Origin: Oikopleura dioica
Taxonomy: Eukaryota; Animalia; Chordata
DNA length: 64,000 nt
NCBI GenBank assembly: GCA_907165135.1
Contig: OU015568.1
Coordinates: 3,286,001-3,350,000, forward strand
Reading direction: 5' to 3'
Positions 62,441 through 64,000 of this stretch are shown piece after piece. Below the pieces are notes generated by a model. It was not told the DNA's origin. It saw only the letters and a program-made list of their open reading frames with translations, and made no database searches. The position numbers and the translations under genes are program-made. Numbering within the stretch: position 1 is the first letter of the stretch; the number at the start of each line of letters is the position of its first letter.

Positions 62441-64000
62441 TCAATCATGATCCTCCTTGATTTCAGGCTCTTTTCGAAGTTCTTCCTCCAGGCACTGCAG
62501 GGCAAAATCATCGACTGCATCGAATTTGTTTGCAAAAAAATATGGCGTCCTCAATAACTATAAATCAAAATCAAATTTTTCGAGCATAAATTAATTCCTT
62601 GCCCAGCCAACATCGCCACTGCCAAAGACACAAACATTACGGCGGAAATAGCCTTGACATTCATGATCTTTCACGTTGTTTTGCCATAAAATTAGACGAC
62701 TTAGGTTTTCGGTGCTTTTCTGAATGAAATAATTAATGTTAGTACGTTCTTTTTTGCATTTTAGGTGGTTCTTACCCCAATAAATTCATTTCCTGGAGCA
62801 TTTTTCATTCGAATAATCGTCGCCCAAATAAACTCATCTGGCGAAAATGTATCTTTGGACCACTCAATCAATTCTCGGACATCCTTGTCTTCCAGCGCCC
62901 ATTGAATAAATTCTCTTGTGAAAAAGTTATACGCAATTCCGGAGAAAATTTCGATGCCACCTGGTGGCGGACTTTTATCTTTATCGGTCATCATTGGGTG
63001 AAACTTGTATTCAGATTCAGTCTCATATTTATGCAGTTCCCAGTGCTTTTCGTATCGTATTTTCTTTTTCAAATTCCAACTCACTGTCATCGGAAATGTT
63101 TCGATTGAGTTTTTTGGATACACAGATTTTAAATAACTGACAATTTCGGAATTTCGCTTCAGTGGGAAATCTTCTCTTGTCAAGGCTCAATTTTTTAACT
63201 AAACGGCAAACTCGAAAAAAGGTATTTTGAGCCTTTTCCCACAAAGATTGATCAAATATCGCCATTGTATTTCATGCTCAAGAAGTTCTTGCATGCAGTT
63301 AAAATCAGCTTGGAGTCGTTCGTAAGAGGCCCAGTATACGTTTTTGCGTTTTTGGGCGAGAAAAACGTTCGGAAAACAGCTTGATAGGGCTTCGAAATCT
63401 TTGAAAATAACTTCAGGCGTCTTCGCATCTATATGCAAGCAGTAGACATTGTCGGGAGAGTAGATTGCACGGAGAAGTCGTTCCGCTTGCCCGGGGTTTT
63501 TGTGGAGAACAAGCGAGTAGGCGAGAGGAAAATCGGAATTCGAGGCTGATGAGGGGTAGTTGCGAGAAGTAACGAATTCCGGGCAGCTATTTGAAGCAAT
63601 GGAAGATGAAATTTCTCCCTCCGAGAGGCTAAGAGAATACTTTTTATTCAATGATTGCAGTTTTTTGACTTTCAGCAGCTCTCCGTCGTTTCTCTTACAA
63701 ATATGGTTAGTATTTAAAAACTTATTTATTCTACGTTCAAGACAATGAAAATGACACTTACATTTATAAGACCCTGGCAATCAATTATTAGTTCCGGCTT
63801 TTCAAGAACATTTGAGTTGTGATTATTGCTCGTTACATTTTTTCGTTTTCCTTCTTCGATCTCAAAAGATTTTACTTCTATGGATCATTCTCTATTTATC
63901 TACTCTCGCACTAATTGTTCTTATCTAACGAGTATCAAGAACCCAGTCCTGTTAAAATCGGTCGAATAAAGCGAAAATTCTCTTGATCCAGTATCAGAAA
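62441..64000 (-). CDS. Core-2/I-branching GlcNAc-transferase, paralog 2 (5' end outside window)
   Basis: Catalytic exons nearly identical to paralog 1; ends FANKFD...EDHD* at 62441. Confidence 0.9.

Overview
Compact, intron-rich animal DNA: introns are mostly 38-90 nt, GA-AG and GC donors occur, and genes are tightly packed. The features point to the larvacean tunicate Oikopleura dioica; this assignment is an inference. 1-23 kb: housekeeping and membrane genes (3' end of ATAD2-like, a membrane-anchored FABP-like gene, POLR1D, NIT2, TMX3-like, CCT8, White/ABCG). 24.2-31.0 kb: an intact, very young Ty3/gypsy (Tor-like) LTR retrotransposon with identical 207-bp LTRs, a CATTG TSD, gag and pol joined by a -1 frameshift signal with a pseudoknot, no env, and three structurally conserved leader hairpins. 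29.9-48.3 kb: a ~9.2-kb tandem duplication joined by a 10-bp templated insertion. It adds a third LTR and copies a VWA/EGF/TM gene, Cys-rich kelch-like secreted-protein genes, a cationic peptide gene and a 56-bp hairpin minisatellite. 49-64 kb: an inactive trypsin-like/mucin gene interrupted inside an exon by a 1.5-kb long-TIR element that could be spliced out in frame, a DAPK-like kinase, two core-2/I-branching GlcNAc-transferase paralogs, another kelch-like gene, and a CSGalNAcT-like fragment holding a hAT-type MITE with a nested foldback. Top leads: possible transposon-to-intron conversion, cryptic in-frame extra exons in CCT8, the retroelement leader RNA structures, and the end-joining-type junction that builds a three-LTR composite. 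Exon structures were inferred by eye, with no alignments or database searches.
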